The notes below the pieces were generated by a model. That model did no database searches, had not been told where the DNA came from, and worked only from the letters and a program-made list of their open reading frames with translations. From a virus, in IMG/VR virus record IMGVR_UViG_3300045988_117360: DNA of 41,813 nucleotides; one strand, written 5' to 3'. Made by a program: the position numbers and the translations under genes. Below are positions 9,754-18,765 of this stretch, piece after piece. Each line of letters opens with the position of its first letter. The stretch's first letter is position 1.

Positions 9754-10226
9754 ATTCTAAAACCTCCATAAATGTACGGCAATAAGTATTGCTGAGCCTT
9801 AGTGGATACAATACCCTTAGCAGTTAGTGAAGTGTTCGCAGAATCTGCCTCTGCAGAATATGCACCAAGAGTTTCGGACAGATTGCCTATAGAATAGCTC
9901 GTGATGCCAAAGCTCTTAAGCTTACTATAGAAAGCGGTATCCTCTTGAATACTAGCGTCCGATAAGGACAAAGCATTCTCTATCTGTGCATACTTTACTC
10001 TTATAGGCACCTCTGCCGATGGATACCTAGGGAAGGAGGTGTCTTGATCCGGAAACGTCTTTCGCCCTGTGAGCACTAAATTGTCGATGGCTTCAAAGGA
10101 CCTTCGAAGTAGAATCTCTTTACTCTCATTTTCCAAATCTTCCCAGTTGGTTCGAGCATCCTCCACTTCTAAATAATGTGCCTCAACGTACGCATCGGCT
10201 TCTTCTAAAGTCACATATCCAATCAA
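9750..10226 (-). CDS. gp6-like head-tail connector protein
   Basis: 158 aa. The N-terminus (YVTLEEADAYVEAHY...) is typical of gp6-like connector / DNA-packaging proteins. First gene after the capsid cluster. Confidence 0.6.
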   Translation of the reverse strand: MIGYVTLEEADAYVEAHYLEVEDARTNWEDLENESKEILLRRSFEAIDNLVLTGRKTFPDQDTSFPRYPSAEVPIRVKYAQIENALSLSDASIQEDTAFYSKLKSFGITSYSIGNLSETLGAYSAEADSANTSLTAKGIVSTKAQQYLLPYIYGGFRI

Positions 10227-10247
10227 GTAAACACCTCCTAGTCCAAT

Positions 10248-10499
10248 TTAAATTGCGGCCATAAATAACTCGACCTGCTCTGTGCGTAAGACGTTATCTG
10301 TCTCCGGAAACGTAATACCCCGCAGAGCACACATCTGCTTGAACCTCGTCTGAGTTTCCTTAGAACAAGCAGCTATATACTTCTTCACGAAGTTACCTGT
10401 AAGGTATTCAGGTACAGCTGGAAGTACAGGTACCTCAGGGGGTTCCGCCCCTGTACCTGCCGCTGCAGCAGTGTTAGTATCTTTATTACCTGAAGGCAT
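10248..10499 (-). CDS. hypothetical protein (capsid-associated position)
   Basis: 83-aa ORF between the major capsid and connector genes, with a Pro/Ala-rich N-terminus. Confidence 0.5.
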   Translation of the reverse strand: MPSGNKDTNTAAAAGTGAEPPEVPVLPAVPEYLTGNFVKKYIAACSKETQTRFKQMCALRGITFPETDNVLRTEQVELFMAAI

Positions 10500-10515
10500 T
10501 TAAAATTCCCCCTTC

Positions 10516-11439
10516 TTACGCAATGTCCCCTGTGCGTATCAAAGTAAACTCACACGCTTCGGGAGTCATCCACAGATCGTGATATAAGCGGTAATCGACT
10601 TTCCAGGCGTCTGCCTGCTGATACTCGTCCGGTGAGAAGGCGCGCATCTTGTCAATCTTACCTACAGCAATAGGAGCGGTTGTAGGTGTAATAATCCACT
10701 TCATATCCTTTGCGCCTGCACTAGCAGCAAAGCCGCCGGCTTCCTGGCCAGCTGTTACGCCGTCCTTATAGTCGTACGAAGTTTTAAGGCGTGCACTCGG
10801 GACGATCTGTATCGGGTTGCCGTCGATCGCTTTTACTTTAGTAAAGAGTTCTCCACGTGCAAACTGCATGTAGTCTAAACTGCGATCAAAATCCTTGCCG
10901 AAATATCCCTGGGTAATACCGGACATAATTATTACTAAGGGCGTACCTCCACAAACATCACGCATCTTAGCTATATCTTCTAAGAGTGTGTCCGTAATAC
11001 TTGCAGCAGTAATTGCAGTATCATTTACATTGGCAGCTGCCTGGGTGCTTACCTCTTTGTAGATCTTGCTGTAACGGTAGCAGTCAACCTCCGGAATAAC
11101 ATGTTTCTGCTGGAACTTAGCCATTACAGCTGCTCCGTTTACTAAGAATCCGGTTTCATCGTTATCCGCAGCATCTATAAGAAACTCACGACCACGGTCC
11201 ATTGTCAACTCATACTGCTTCTTAGTGCCCGTGATGTTGCCCCTGGGAAAGCCGAGGTTTCTATCATAAGAACCGAGACCATCCACATCCATCTCGTGCA
11301 TGATTACATACTTACCGCCGGTGTATTCAACTCCAATAGCGTTGTTTTCCATCCACGCAGAAGTTAAACCCTGAAAATACTGCTGATAAAGTCCGGGCAC
11401 TACTTTCTGCTGATAGAGATTCGAAAGTGCATTACTCAT
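10516..11439 (-). CDS. major capsid protein
   Basis: 307 aa, follows the scaffold gene, strong RBS. Called on size and synteny. Confidence 0.8.
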   Translation of the reverse strand: MSNALSNLYQQKVVPGLYQQYFQGLTSAWMENNAIGVEYTGGKYVIMHEMDVDGLGSYDRNLGFPRGNITGTKKQYELTMDRGREFLIDAADNDETGFLVNGAAVMAKFQQKHVIPEVDCYRYSKIYKEVSTQAAANVNDTAITAASITDTLLEDIAKMRDVCGGTPLVIIMSGITQGYFGKDFDRSLDYMQFARGELFTKVKAIDGNPIQIVPSARLKTSYDYKDGVTAGQEAGGFAASAGAKDMKWIITPTTAPIAVGKIDKMRAFSPDEYQQADAWKVDYRLYHDLWMTPEACEFTLIRTGDIA

Positions 11440-11446
11440 TTAAAAA

Positions 11447-12052
11447 TCATTCCTCCTGTGTATTATTGATTTGAACACCCATACTTTTAAATACGCTATT
11501 CAGTTGCGCATCTAAGGCGCTGGGTTCGCCGCCTGGTTCACCTTCGTGCTTACCTGTTCCTGGGGGCACTGGGTCCGGTGCTTTGAATAGATAAGCTCGC
11601 GTCTCTTTGAGTGGATCAGCTTGCTCCTCAAGTCCTGTTAAATTGTTGGTCTCATCAAAGTTTAACTCATCAAGCTTGATTAGACCACTGTCTAAAATTA
11701 ACTGAGGATCTACTGCACCCATCTGTCGCAGTTTGTCCAGCACTGCATACTGTTTGCGTATATTTAAAACCTCGCCTTTATGAGCTTTTTCGAGGTCCTT
11801 TTTCTGCTGTGCTAACAAGTTATCTGAATCTTCCTTCTTAACATAGCCAGATAAATCTACGCCACCCTCTCCGTCGTCAATTTGCGAATTCGTCGATGAC
11901 TTGCCAGCTAACTTGTTTCTCTGAGCGATTACTTTATTAAGACGTGTGCGGGGCACAACATCCCAATCAAAATCATCACCTACGACATCTTCAATTTGCG
12001 ACATTACATCCTGAGGTAAATTTGTTCTAAGAATCTCGCCAAGATTCGGCAT
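11447..12052 (-). CDS. capsid scaffolding protein
   Basis: 201 aa, highly charged and helical, between the portal and the capsid protein. Confidence 0.7.
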   Translation of the reverse strand: MPNLGEILRTNLPQDVMSQIEDVVGDDFDWDVVPRTRLNKVIAQRNKLAGKSSTNSQIDDGEGGVDLSGYVKKEDSDNLLAQQKKDLEKAHKGEVLNIRKQYAVLDKLRQMGAVDPQLILDSGLIKLDELNFDETNNLTGLEEQADPLKETRAYLFKAPDPVPPGTGKHEGEPGGEPSALDAQLNSVFKSMGVQINNTQEE

Positions 12053-12083
12053 GTATGATTCCTCCCATTTAACGCCTGTCGGC

Positions 12084-13619
12084 TTATTTATTGTTTAAGC
12101 CCGAAAAGGACTTTAAACCTGTTTCAGAACCCTTCTTTGCAGGGTTAATTCCGGTGCCGTCCTGCGGCCCTGGTTTGTTAGGGTCTCCTTCTGCTTGCTG
12201 TGTTAGCTGCATATTTTCACTGGTTTCCTCACGTATCTTATCTATCCACGTAAGTGCCTCAGCGTTGGTTTTATTGAAGAACTGCATTATAGCATCCTCA
12301 AGGGGCATCATCTTTGTTGCACCTGTTGCGAGCTTAGCGGTCTCAATATTCTCTCGAGGATCGTCGGGTAGACCGTCTTCCCACAGTACGGACACATGTT
12401 CATACGGAATAGCCGTATTAAGTGCACTAAACAGCATCCTTACGTTTCTAGTTAACGAGTTAGAAATTCTGCGAGCTTTAGCTAAGGGATTGACCATCTT
12501 AAATCTCATCGCCGTTCCAGAAACTGCTTGCGATCCGCCATCCGCGCTACCTAGTAACGCAGCTCCCATTTCAGAGAGAATATACAACTGGTTTATTAAC
12601 ATCTCTAATTGCTTGAAAGCCGCGCTAAGCTGTCCCTCCCAAGTCATATACTTTGGCTGCTCTTCTCCAGGAGAAACGGCAAAAAATTTGCCTGTCTTTA
12701 GCTCCAGTTCTCCAGTCCGCTCGTTAGCTGTAAGCATCGAGACCGGTCCCGTAATATTTGGGTCGGCGTGCTTATCCAGAATTACTGATATCTGACCTAT
12801 ACGTGACATAATCTCAGCAAGAATACTATCGATAGGCATATAATCGTCATACCCATAGATGCTATTAGATACAGAGAAGGCTTTAAGATGCATTACTGCG
12901 CAAGTCTTCAAACCTGTCTGAATAATTGTAGAGGATATCTGCTTTAAGATCGTATTAGCACCTACATCCATCTTGTATACACGGTACTCATACCAGCCTA
13001 GATCTGCAGGCTGTGTACCATGAATTTGAACGTGTAAGTACCAATCTGGAATAGTCTCTCCAGGTCGCCGATTCTCTAACCAGCACAAGCAATGCTTTAA
13101 AATTGTATTAGTACCATCCTGTGTTACTACAGGATACCACTCTCTAGGATCCCACGTAGTGAACGTGTTCTGGCCAAATTCGTCTCTATAGATTCGGATA
13201 ATGGCGTCTCCGTAGCGACTAATATCTATAACAGATGTATATAACTTGCTATCAAAGTCGGTGTACTCTCGAGCTTCCTTGATATTCTTATTCTCATCAG
13301 CAGATGCTCCTGTTATGTTAGGATACTCACCACACACCAAATCCGCCATCTTTAATGTCATGAGCCTCTGATAATTTAGAAGTACGGGAAAGCAGATAAC
13401 ATCCTCAAAATTGTTCACAACGCGACTAATACGCCTTGCGCACTGCTGATATACACTTATATAGCTTCCAGGAGAAGTATTCCTATGCCTAAAATCTGAA
13501 GATTCGAAGTGATCTCCGTCAAATAAGGCAGCATTTTGAGTATAACGCTCTATTCTACTCTTCTCAGCTACTGGAGGAAAAACCTTTCCTCTTTGCAGCC
13601 AATCTAAATTATATAGCAT
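12084..13619 (-). CDS. portal protein
   Basis: 511 aa, upstream of scaffold and capsid. Size and synteny fit a portal. Confidence 0.85.
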   Translation of the reverse strand: MLYNLDWLQRGKVFPPVAEKSRIERYTQNAALFDGDHFESSDFRHRNTSPGSYISVYQQCARRISRVVNNFEDVICFPVLLNYQRLMTLKMADLVCGEYPNITGASADENKNIKEAREYTDFDSKLYTSVIDISRYGDAIIRIYRDEFGQNTFTTWDPREWYPVVTQDGTNTILKHCLCWLENRRPGETIPDWYLHVQIHGTQPADLGWYEYRVYKMDVGANTILKQISSTIIQTGLKTCAVMHLKAFSVSNSIYGYDDYMPIDSILAEIMSRIGQISVILDKHADPNITGPVSMLTANERTGELELKTGKFFAVSPGEEQPKYMTWEGQLSAAFKQLEMLINQLYILSEMGAALLGSADGGSQAVSGTAMRFKMVNPLAKARRISNSLTRNVRMLFSALNTAIPYEHVSVLWEDGLPDDPRENIETAKLATGATKMMPLEDAIMQFFNKTNAEALTWIDKIREETSENMQLTQQAEGDPNKPGPQDGTGINPAKKGSETGLKSFSGLNNK

Positions 13620-13621
13620 AA

Positions 13622-13891
13622 TTACTCCTCTAATTGCAATAGATTCTTCAATTCTGCTTCCTTTTCTCTGATCTGTACTCTGATTTCCTCAGCCGCTTGA
13701 TATACATCTTTCCAGGGATACGGCAGATCCTTTCCCATAGCTTCGTATTGAAGATTCTTCATTGTCTTGTAATCCGTATCATCGAACTGCTCTTTTAAAT
13801 GTTCGATTTCCTGAGATATCTTGCTTACAAGTAAGTTGTTTTCTCCGGAACGTAATTTATTTATAATCTCATAAGGATAGCGCTTTTGCAT
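13622..13891 (-). CDS. hypothetical protein
   Basis: 89-aa helical ORF tightly packed between the 705-aa ORF and the portal. Confidence 0.5.
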   Translation of the reverse strand: MQKRYPYEIINKLRSGENNLLVSKISQEIEHLKEQFDDTDYKTMKNLQYEAMGKDLPYPWKDVYQAAEEIRVQIREKEAELKNLLQLEE

Positions 13892-13901
13892 AATAGACCT
13901 C

Positions 13902-16019
13902 CTACATTAAATTGTATCTCTTCTTTTTAGTTATAGCTGTTACAGAGCTTCCACACAAATACGCGCTAGAAGGTAACACCATCAATGTTTTAGCCTCTGG
14001 ACAGCTTAAAGACTTAGAAACCCATTTATCCGTCTCTAACTGAAAATACTGTAGCTTACTGTCGGAATCAGAAGATGCTCTAGAAAGTAAAAGCCCATTA
14101 AATACTGCAGGACAGGTAACTTCTATAGCTAAATTTGTTGGCAGTACTGTCGAGGAATCTTCTATAACATGCTCCGCAGAAACTTCAAAAGTAGTCGCAT
14201 CCCGCTCTTCTAGATAATACTTTGCAGACCTGTATATGTACCGGTATAACTTTGTATAATCCTCGTTATATGCAAATTTAGAATACCTTGATGAAGAGTC
14301 CTGAGCTTCCGAGTGTTTTAAGGTTCCAGCCTCTTCTCTGAATGTAGACGCGAAACTTGTGTAGAACTTCAGCTGCCCTCCTGAAACTATCGTCCAGCCG
14401 TATGTTCGTCCGTTTGAAAAGATTGAATCAACTACTCCTTTATTCGGCAAGGCTGTTGCCTGAGATACCGATCCATTAGAATCAAATACTCTCCATACCG
14501 GATTGCTTGCAACAGTACCCGTATAAGCCAAAACCGCTACAGCACCCGACAATCTTGCAAAAAGCATCGGATCTACTCGCGCAGACATGTAAAAGCTTAA
14601 AGGTAACACACTTACAGCACCCGTAGTAACATTCAAGCTCTTTACCTTATTCTCGAGAGAAATTGTAGGCTGTGTTAATATGAAAATTTTAGGAGCACTT
14701 CCAGCGGACCAGCACAGAGAGCCGTCTGGTACAGCTACCTTGGTAGGAAATGTTCGTATATAAGTTGCACCTTGAGCGGTTATTCCGTATAATGCTGCAG
14801 TACTGCTATCATACAATAACACAGTATCTGGATTCCCAAGATATGTAGCGCGTACCGCGGCCACAGCACTAGCTCCCGTTCGAAATACCTCTCCGTATAC
14901 CTCTGGAGCACCTCCAGATGCGACTAACGTACTGTCATCATATGTAAGTATAGATTCTTGAATATCTTGAGTTGGACTACTATATCTATTAAATACGTTG
15001 CCTGTAAGACACAGTTTAGGCTGTCCATTCACCACGTTTGTGGCTAAAACTGTTGTGAATACCTCATTTATAGCTTCTACTAAAGTACGCTTATTTGTCG
15101 TATTTAATGAAGAATTTCTACCAATGTTCTTCGTATTAAGCAGAATTTGAATACGCTTTCGACCTGATTCATCGTCAGGATCTACAGGCTCCTCTGTCGC
15201 TGACAAAGACAGGTGATCTTCATCAATACTACTATCCAGTGTAATAGATTCTACATAATCAGTTCCGTCTACTACACCTAAAGAGGTCCACGGTTCTACG
15301 CTGTCTTCTGTAGTAGCGGTCTCGCCGGTACCTGTAATCTGCCTTGTACCACCCTTCGTCCAAGACATATCAGCTACGGGTAAGGAAGTCAAAAACACCA
15401 TATCTGTATGCGTAGTCTCTACAGAATCACCTGTAACAGGTATATCTAATGAAGATATCTGAGCATTAAAAACATATGAACTAAATAGCTGTGCAAGCTG
15501 TTCATCGCCCTCTGTGATGCCCTCATCATCGGCGGGAGCATGTTTCATTACACCCTTGACTACATTTAAACCAAACCTCAGCTTTAACAAAGAATCCATA
15601 GATGAGAAATCAAAAGGATCCTCGGTAGTTCCCTCTATCTGATACGTCGCACCAATCTGATCCCAAATAGTTTGAGAGGGCTCTTTAGGATCAGAGCCGC
15701 CCAGCTCACCACTAGCATAGACCTTGATTGGCTCGTCCATTAACTTCGTAGTAATGGTTGTATCTCCGCGTATTCCGACAACAGAAACGTATAAGTCTCC
15801 TTCTTCTTGCAAAACCTCCCACGGTACAATACAAGAAAGACTTTCATCTAACAGTACCTCGACTGTAGGAATATCTCCATTGCTAAATATTACATGTTTC
15901 TTAGTGCCATTCCACTCATCATCAAACTGAAACGATGCTCGTATGAAATTAACACTATTACTAATAGTAACCTGTCGGCAAGTTAAGACTTGTTTTCGGA
16001 CTCTTATTTGTAAATCCAT
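13902..16019 (-). CDS. large structural protein with a BppU-N-like (baseplate/receptor-binding type) N-terminus, unusually placed between terminase and portal
   Basis: 705 aa. The first ~100 aa (ISNSVNFIRASFQFDDEWNGTKKHVIFSNGD...CIVPWEVLQEEGDLYVSVVGIRGDT) resemble, from memory, the N-domain of BppU-type baseplate/fibre proteins. The rest is Ser/Thr/Gly-rich. Confidence 0.35.
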   Translation of the reverse strand: MDLQIRVRKQVLTCRQVTISNSVNFIRASFQFDDEWNGTKKHVIFSNGDIPTVEVLLDESLSCIVPWEVLQEEGDLYVSVVGIRGDTTITTKLMDEPIKVYASGELGGSDPKEPSQTIWDQIGATYQIEGTTEDPFDFSSMDSLLKLRFGLNVVKGVMKHAPADDEGITEGDEQLAQLFSSYVFNAQISSLDIPVTGDSVETTHTDMVFLTSLPVADMSWTKGGTRQITGTGETATTEDSVEPWTSLGVVDGTDYVESITLDSSIDEDHLSLSATEEPVDPDDESGRKRIQILLNTKNIGRNSSLNTTNKRTLVEAINEVFTTVLATNVVNGQPKLCLTGNVFNRYSSPTQDIQESILTYDDSTLVASGGAPEVYGEVFRTGASAVAAVRATYLGNPDTVLLYDSSTAALYGITAQGATYIRTFPTKVAVPDGSLCWSAGSAPKIFILTQPTISLENKVKSLNVTTGAVSVLPLSFYMSARVDPMLFARLSGAVAVLAYTGTVASNPVWRVFDSNGSVSQATALPNKGVVDSIFSNGRTYGWTIVSGGQLKFYTSFASTFREEAGTLKHSEAQDSSSRYSKFAYNEDYTKLYRYIYRSAKYYLEERDATTFEVSAEHVIEDSSTVLPTNLAIEVTCPAVFNGLLLSRASSDSDSKLQYFQLETDKWVSKSLSCPEAKTLMVLPSSAYLCGSSVTAITKKKRYNLM

Positions 16020-17303
16020 TTAATAAACACCACTCATTCCATATAAACTATCAGTGTATAACGCATATCTATCCGCGTCACATGTATGATCGTGTGTCTT
16101 CAACGGCTTGTCTATTCCATTCAGCGTTGCTTTACTATCCCACACATATGTGCTATACTCCATACGCGTATTTTTACACGAAAAATCTATAAAATACTTT
16201 CCGGAACTTAGGCAAGACGATACAAATCGAATACCATTAAGAACATCATTATTAGCGTTCTGCACACGATAGCCTCTACGCAAAAGCTCTACCTTCCAGC
16301 TCGCTGCAGACGGGTCAACGTATACTACGAAAACAGCTGAAGTCGGCACTTGAAATCTTCGTCTATTTTCTCGACACCAGTTATCAAATATATCTGCAAA
16401 TTCACTATCTGTTTTTTGAGCATTTTGAACACCTACATTGTTTACCTTAGATGCGTCGTAATAATACTCAGCTAGCTTTAAATAAACCTTTGAAGGTAAT
16501 ACGGCTATAAATGACCAGGTCATAACTGAGGACGTACCGTAGTCGCACGCTACAACATATCTTATAGCTTTTGGATGCAACCCGCCGTTAAGCTTTTCTT
16601 GCAAATAGGCTGCTGTATCGATAAAATGCTTATCCTCGTCTAACATGTCGTATATTCGGCCTTCAGCTGCAACCCAGTTACCTAAGATCATTCTCTCGTA
16701 CCATACACCGGAATACATCTGCTTCAAAGATTCCATGTAATCTCTATCGAGAGAAAGATTATCCTCCATCAGGAACTTCCAAACCTGTTTATCTTGAATG
16801 TGCTCATTCATTATATAATCTGTATAGAACCAGTGGTACGGATTGTCAGGGTTAGTATTGCAGAAGCATTGAGCACCTCTAACCGACATACGAGCCATAA
16901 GCTGGTTAAACACGCTTTGAGGATACAACGTAACCTCGTCGCAGTACGCTCCGGCAAAAGTCGCTCCTCGAATCTTAGATTCAGCGTCCTCGTTATTAGC
17001 GCCAAAGCAGTAGACACGTCTTCCAAAGAGATTTAACTCTCCCTGCTGCTTATTAACCCACTTAAAATTTTGCTCTCCAGCAATGTCTCTTAGGTCATTC
17101 AGAACGTTACGCTGCAAAGTCGCGGTTGTTCTACCCATCATACATAAATCCCCTTGTGGACCTGTAGCAAGGTAGTCCAACCAGCGCACAGTGCAGTTAA
17201 TGGTTTTAGAGGATCTAACCGACCCGTGGAGTATATTCAATCTACTGTGTGAGTTTTCTAAAAAATCTAGAGCCTTAGGGGAGAACTCTTTCCACTCAAT
17301 CAT
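16020..17303 (-). CDS. terL: terminase large subunit
   Basis: 427 aa. Walker A-like GSVRSSKT, Walker B-like YCDEV, and a C-terminal nuclease region with conserved Asp residues. Overlaps the small subunit gene. Confidence 0.9.
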   Translation of the reverse strand: MIEWKEFSPKALDFLENSHSRLNILHGSVRSSKTINCTVRWLDYLATGPQGDLCMMGRTTATLQRNVLNDLRDIAGEQNFKWVNKQQGELNLFGRRVYCFGANNEDAESKIRGATFAGAYCDEVTLYPQSVFNQLMARMSVRGAQCFCNTNPDNPYHWFYTDYIMNEHIQDKQVWKFLMEDNLSLDRDYMESLKQMYSGVWYERMILGNWVAAEGRIYDMLDEDKHFIDTAAYLQEKLNGGLHPKAIRYVVACDYGTSSVMTWSFIAVLPSKVYLKLAEYYYDASKVNNVGVQNAQKTDSEFADIFDNWCRENRRRFQVPTSAVFVVYVDPSAASWKVELLRRGYRVQNANNDVLNGIRFVSSCLSSGKYFIDFSCKNTRMEYSTYVWDSKATLNGIDKPLKTHDHTCDADRYALYTDSLYGMSGVY

Positions 17304-17802
17304 GAGATTTCCTCAAAGCTTCAACAAGCCCTACAAGACCATGTGCTCCACTGTTAGCAGCTCCGTTTAATTCCAGCTCCAACTCGGCAAGAGTCTTTAC
17401 TGTGCTGCGGATCTCACTACCTAAACCTAAATATAGATCCGCCACGGATTTGGTTAACATTCTAGACAGAACACCTGGATCCTGGCCCTCTGCAGCTAAC
17501 GCATTAATTTTTCTGCCAACGTTCTTTAAAGTAACCATATACTCATTAGCAGCTGCGCTTAGCATATCTGCTTCTTTTAGTTTTAAGCGTCTAGCTAAAG
17601 AGTCTCTCTCAACCCCAGCTTCGACAGCCGTTCCTAACGGATTATGCATAAGAGCATGTACTCGAAGATCTTGCTCCTGCAAACCATATAATTCTGCAAT
17701 ATTTGTCAAAGTGTACTCAGAGTTCTCCGAGCCAATATTAAGAATTGCATTCTCAATCTCTGCACGTTTCTCATGCACACATACCGGACATGCCATATGC
17801 AT
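17296..17802 (-). CDS. terS: terminase small subunit
   Basis: 168 aa with N-terminal CPVC and an HTH-like segment. It lies directly upstream of, and overlaps, terL. Confidence 0.6.
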   Translation of the reverse strand: MHMACPVCVHEKRAEIENAILNIGSENSEYTLTNIAELYGLQEQDLRVHALMHNPLGTAVEAGVERDSLARRLKLKEADMLSAAANEYMVTLKNVGRKINALAAEGQDPGVLSRMLTKSVADLYLGLGSEIRSTVKTLAELELELNGAANSGAHGLVGLVEALRKSHD

Positions 17803-17850
17803 TACTCCTCTCTTCAGTCTAAAAATTAAGTACTATGGTAAAATACCCTC

Positions 17851-17879
17851 TTGATTTTCTTCTATGTTTATTATATAAT
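17851..17879 (+). promoter_or_regulatory. sigma-A-type promoter (TTGATT-17-TATAAT) for the rightward early genes
   Basis: -35 TTGATT at 17851-56, exact 17-nt spacer, -10 TATAAT at 17874-79. ORF 17936..18346 follows, with RBS AGGAGAAGG. Confidence 0.7.
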
Positions 17880-17898
17880 ATAAATAGAAAGAAATCAA
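17870..17898 (-). promoter_or_regulatory. sigma-A-type promoter (TTGATT-17-TATAAT) for the leftward terminase/structural operon, fully overlapping the plus-strand promoter
   Basis: On the minus strand the -35 TTGATT is at 17898-93 and the -10 TATAAT at 17875-70, with a 17-nt spacer. GTGCACTTGATTT here equals the -35 context of the promoter at 26385. Confidence 0.6.
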
Positions 17899-17935
17899 GT
17901 GCACCAAAAGAAAAATTTTCAGGAGAAGGTAAAGA

Positions 17936-18346
17936 ATGTTAAATACACTTAAATATAAGCAGCTAGCCGCCGGAGGTCAAGGAATACGTCCTTACGAAGA
18001 TTCTATATCCGAACACTGGTCTGAATGGCTACAGATCGTACAAAGCTCCAAACTGTACGCTAAGTATACTTCGCTCGGATACCGAGGTACCCTCGAAAGT
18101 TGCGCCAGGGATATATACATTATGGGCGTGTGGTTTTTCGGGCTTTTAAGACAAGCTCCAGCCTCTGCGGAATTCTATAAAAGCTGTATTGAGTACTACC
18201 ACCAGCTAGGCATGGCTAAAAACTACCGGTACAACTCTAGCTCGGTGTACTACCCTCTGACCTGCATCGGGGGTTTGCCTTCAGAGTTATATCTTATGGA
18301 TAATTGGCTAGAAGGTATTCGTAAGAGTAGTACACGCAGTACCTAA
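17936..18346 (+). CDS. hypothetical early protein
   Basis: 136-aa ORF with an RBS, the first gene after the rightward promoter. Confidence 0.6.
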   Translation: MLNTLKYKQLAAGGQGIRPYEDSISEHWSEWLQIVQSSKLYAKYTSLGYRGTLESCARDIYIMGVWFFGLLRQAPASAEFYKSCIEYYHQLGMAKNYRYNSSSVYYPLTCIGGLPSELYLMDNWLEGIRKSSTRST

Positions 18347-18425
18347 GATTCCTAAGTGAAAAATTCGGGTTTGGTATAGCAGGTACTTCCTCGTTTTAGC
18401 ACATAAAAGTAGTATAGTAGTACTA

Positions 18426-18449
18426 CATTAGCACATTAGCATATTAGCA
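18426..18449. repeat. three tandem 8-nt units (CATTAGCA CATTAGCA TATTAGCA)
   Basis: Read directly from the sequence. A fourth partial copy (TTTAGCAC) lies at about 18404. Confidence 0.85.
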
Positions 18450-18514
18450 CTTTAAGGTAGTGAGGCATTACTACGCTACTAGGAAAAAAAAATTCAAAAA
18501 GGTGCAAAAAACAG

Positions 18515-18543
18515 TTGCCTTTTCTGTAAAAGTAGTATATAAT
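18515..18543 (+). promoter_or_regulatory. early promoter module copy 1 (TTGCCT-17-TATAAT); no ORF downstream
   Basis: Exact 17-nt spacer and consensus -10, an A-tract UP-like region upstream (AAAAAAAAATTCAAAAAGGTGCAAAAAACAG), and conserved downstream ATATATGTAATAAGAAAGGAG. Confidence 0.7.
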
Positions 18544-18573
18544 ATATATGTAATAAGAAAGGAGAACAGATAA

Positions 18574-18765
18574 TAGATAATAGATAGGTATTAGATAGAT
18601 AGCTACTAGATAGATATTAGATAGATAGATAGCTAGTAGATAGATAGCTAATAGATAGGTAGTAGATAGCTAGTAAATAGATAGGTACTAGATAGGTACT
18701 AGCTAATAGGTAGACAAACAGATAGGTAGTACCTAGTAGCTAATAGCTATTAGATAGATAGGTAG
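18574..18765. repeat. degenerate (TAGN)n tetranucleotide tract: 38 TAG triplets in 192 nt
   Basis: Counted by hand. Successive TAGs are spaced 3, 4 or 7 nt apart (one 12-nt gap) and there are only 14 C residues. Stops occur in all three plus-strand frames. Confidence 0.9.

Noticed and set aside
5015-17854. Antisense or shadow ORFs inside long genes (for example 5015..5332, 5558..6103, 6143..6390, 12091..12795, 15724..15930, 16794..17036, 17402..17854), plus 127..390, 507..815, 2617..2910 and 3523..3822
   Set aside because: They lie opposite or out of frame within well-supported structural genes, lack start contexts and have low-complexity translations.
18574-18765. TRAP-binding leader, by analogy with (G/U)AG repeats of trp leaders
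   Set aside because: TRAP needs triplets separated by 2-3 nt. Here the spacers are mostly 0, 1 or 4 nt, and no tryptophan-related gene follows. It is retained only as an analogy in the finding text.
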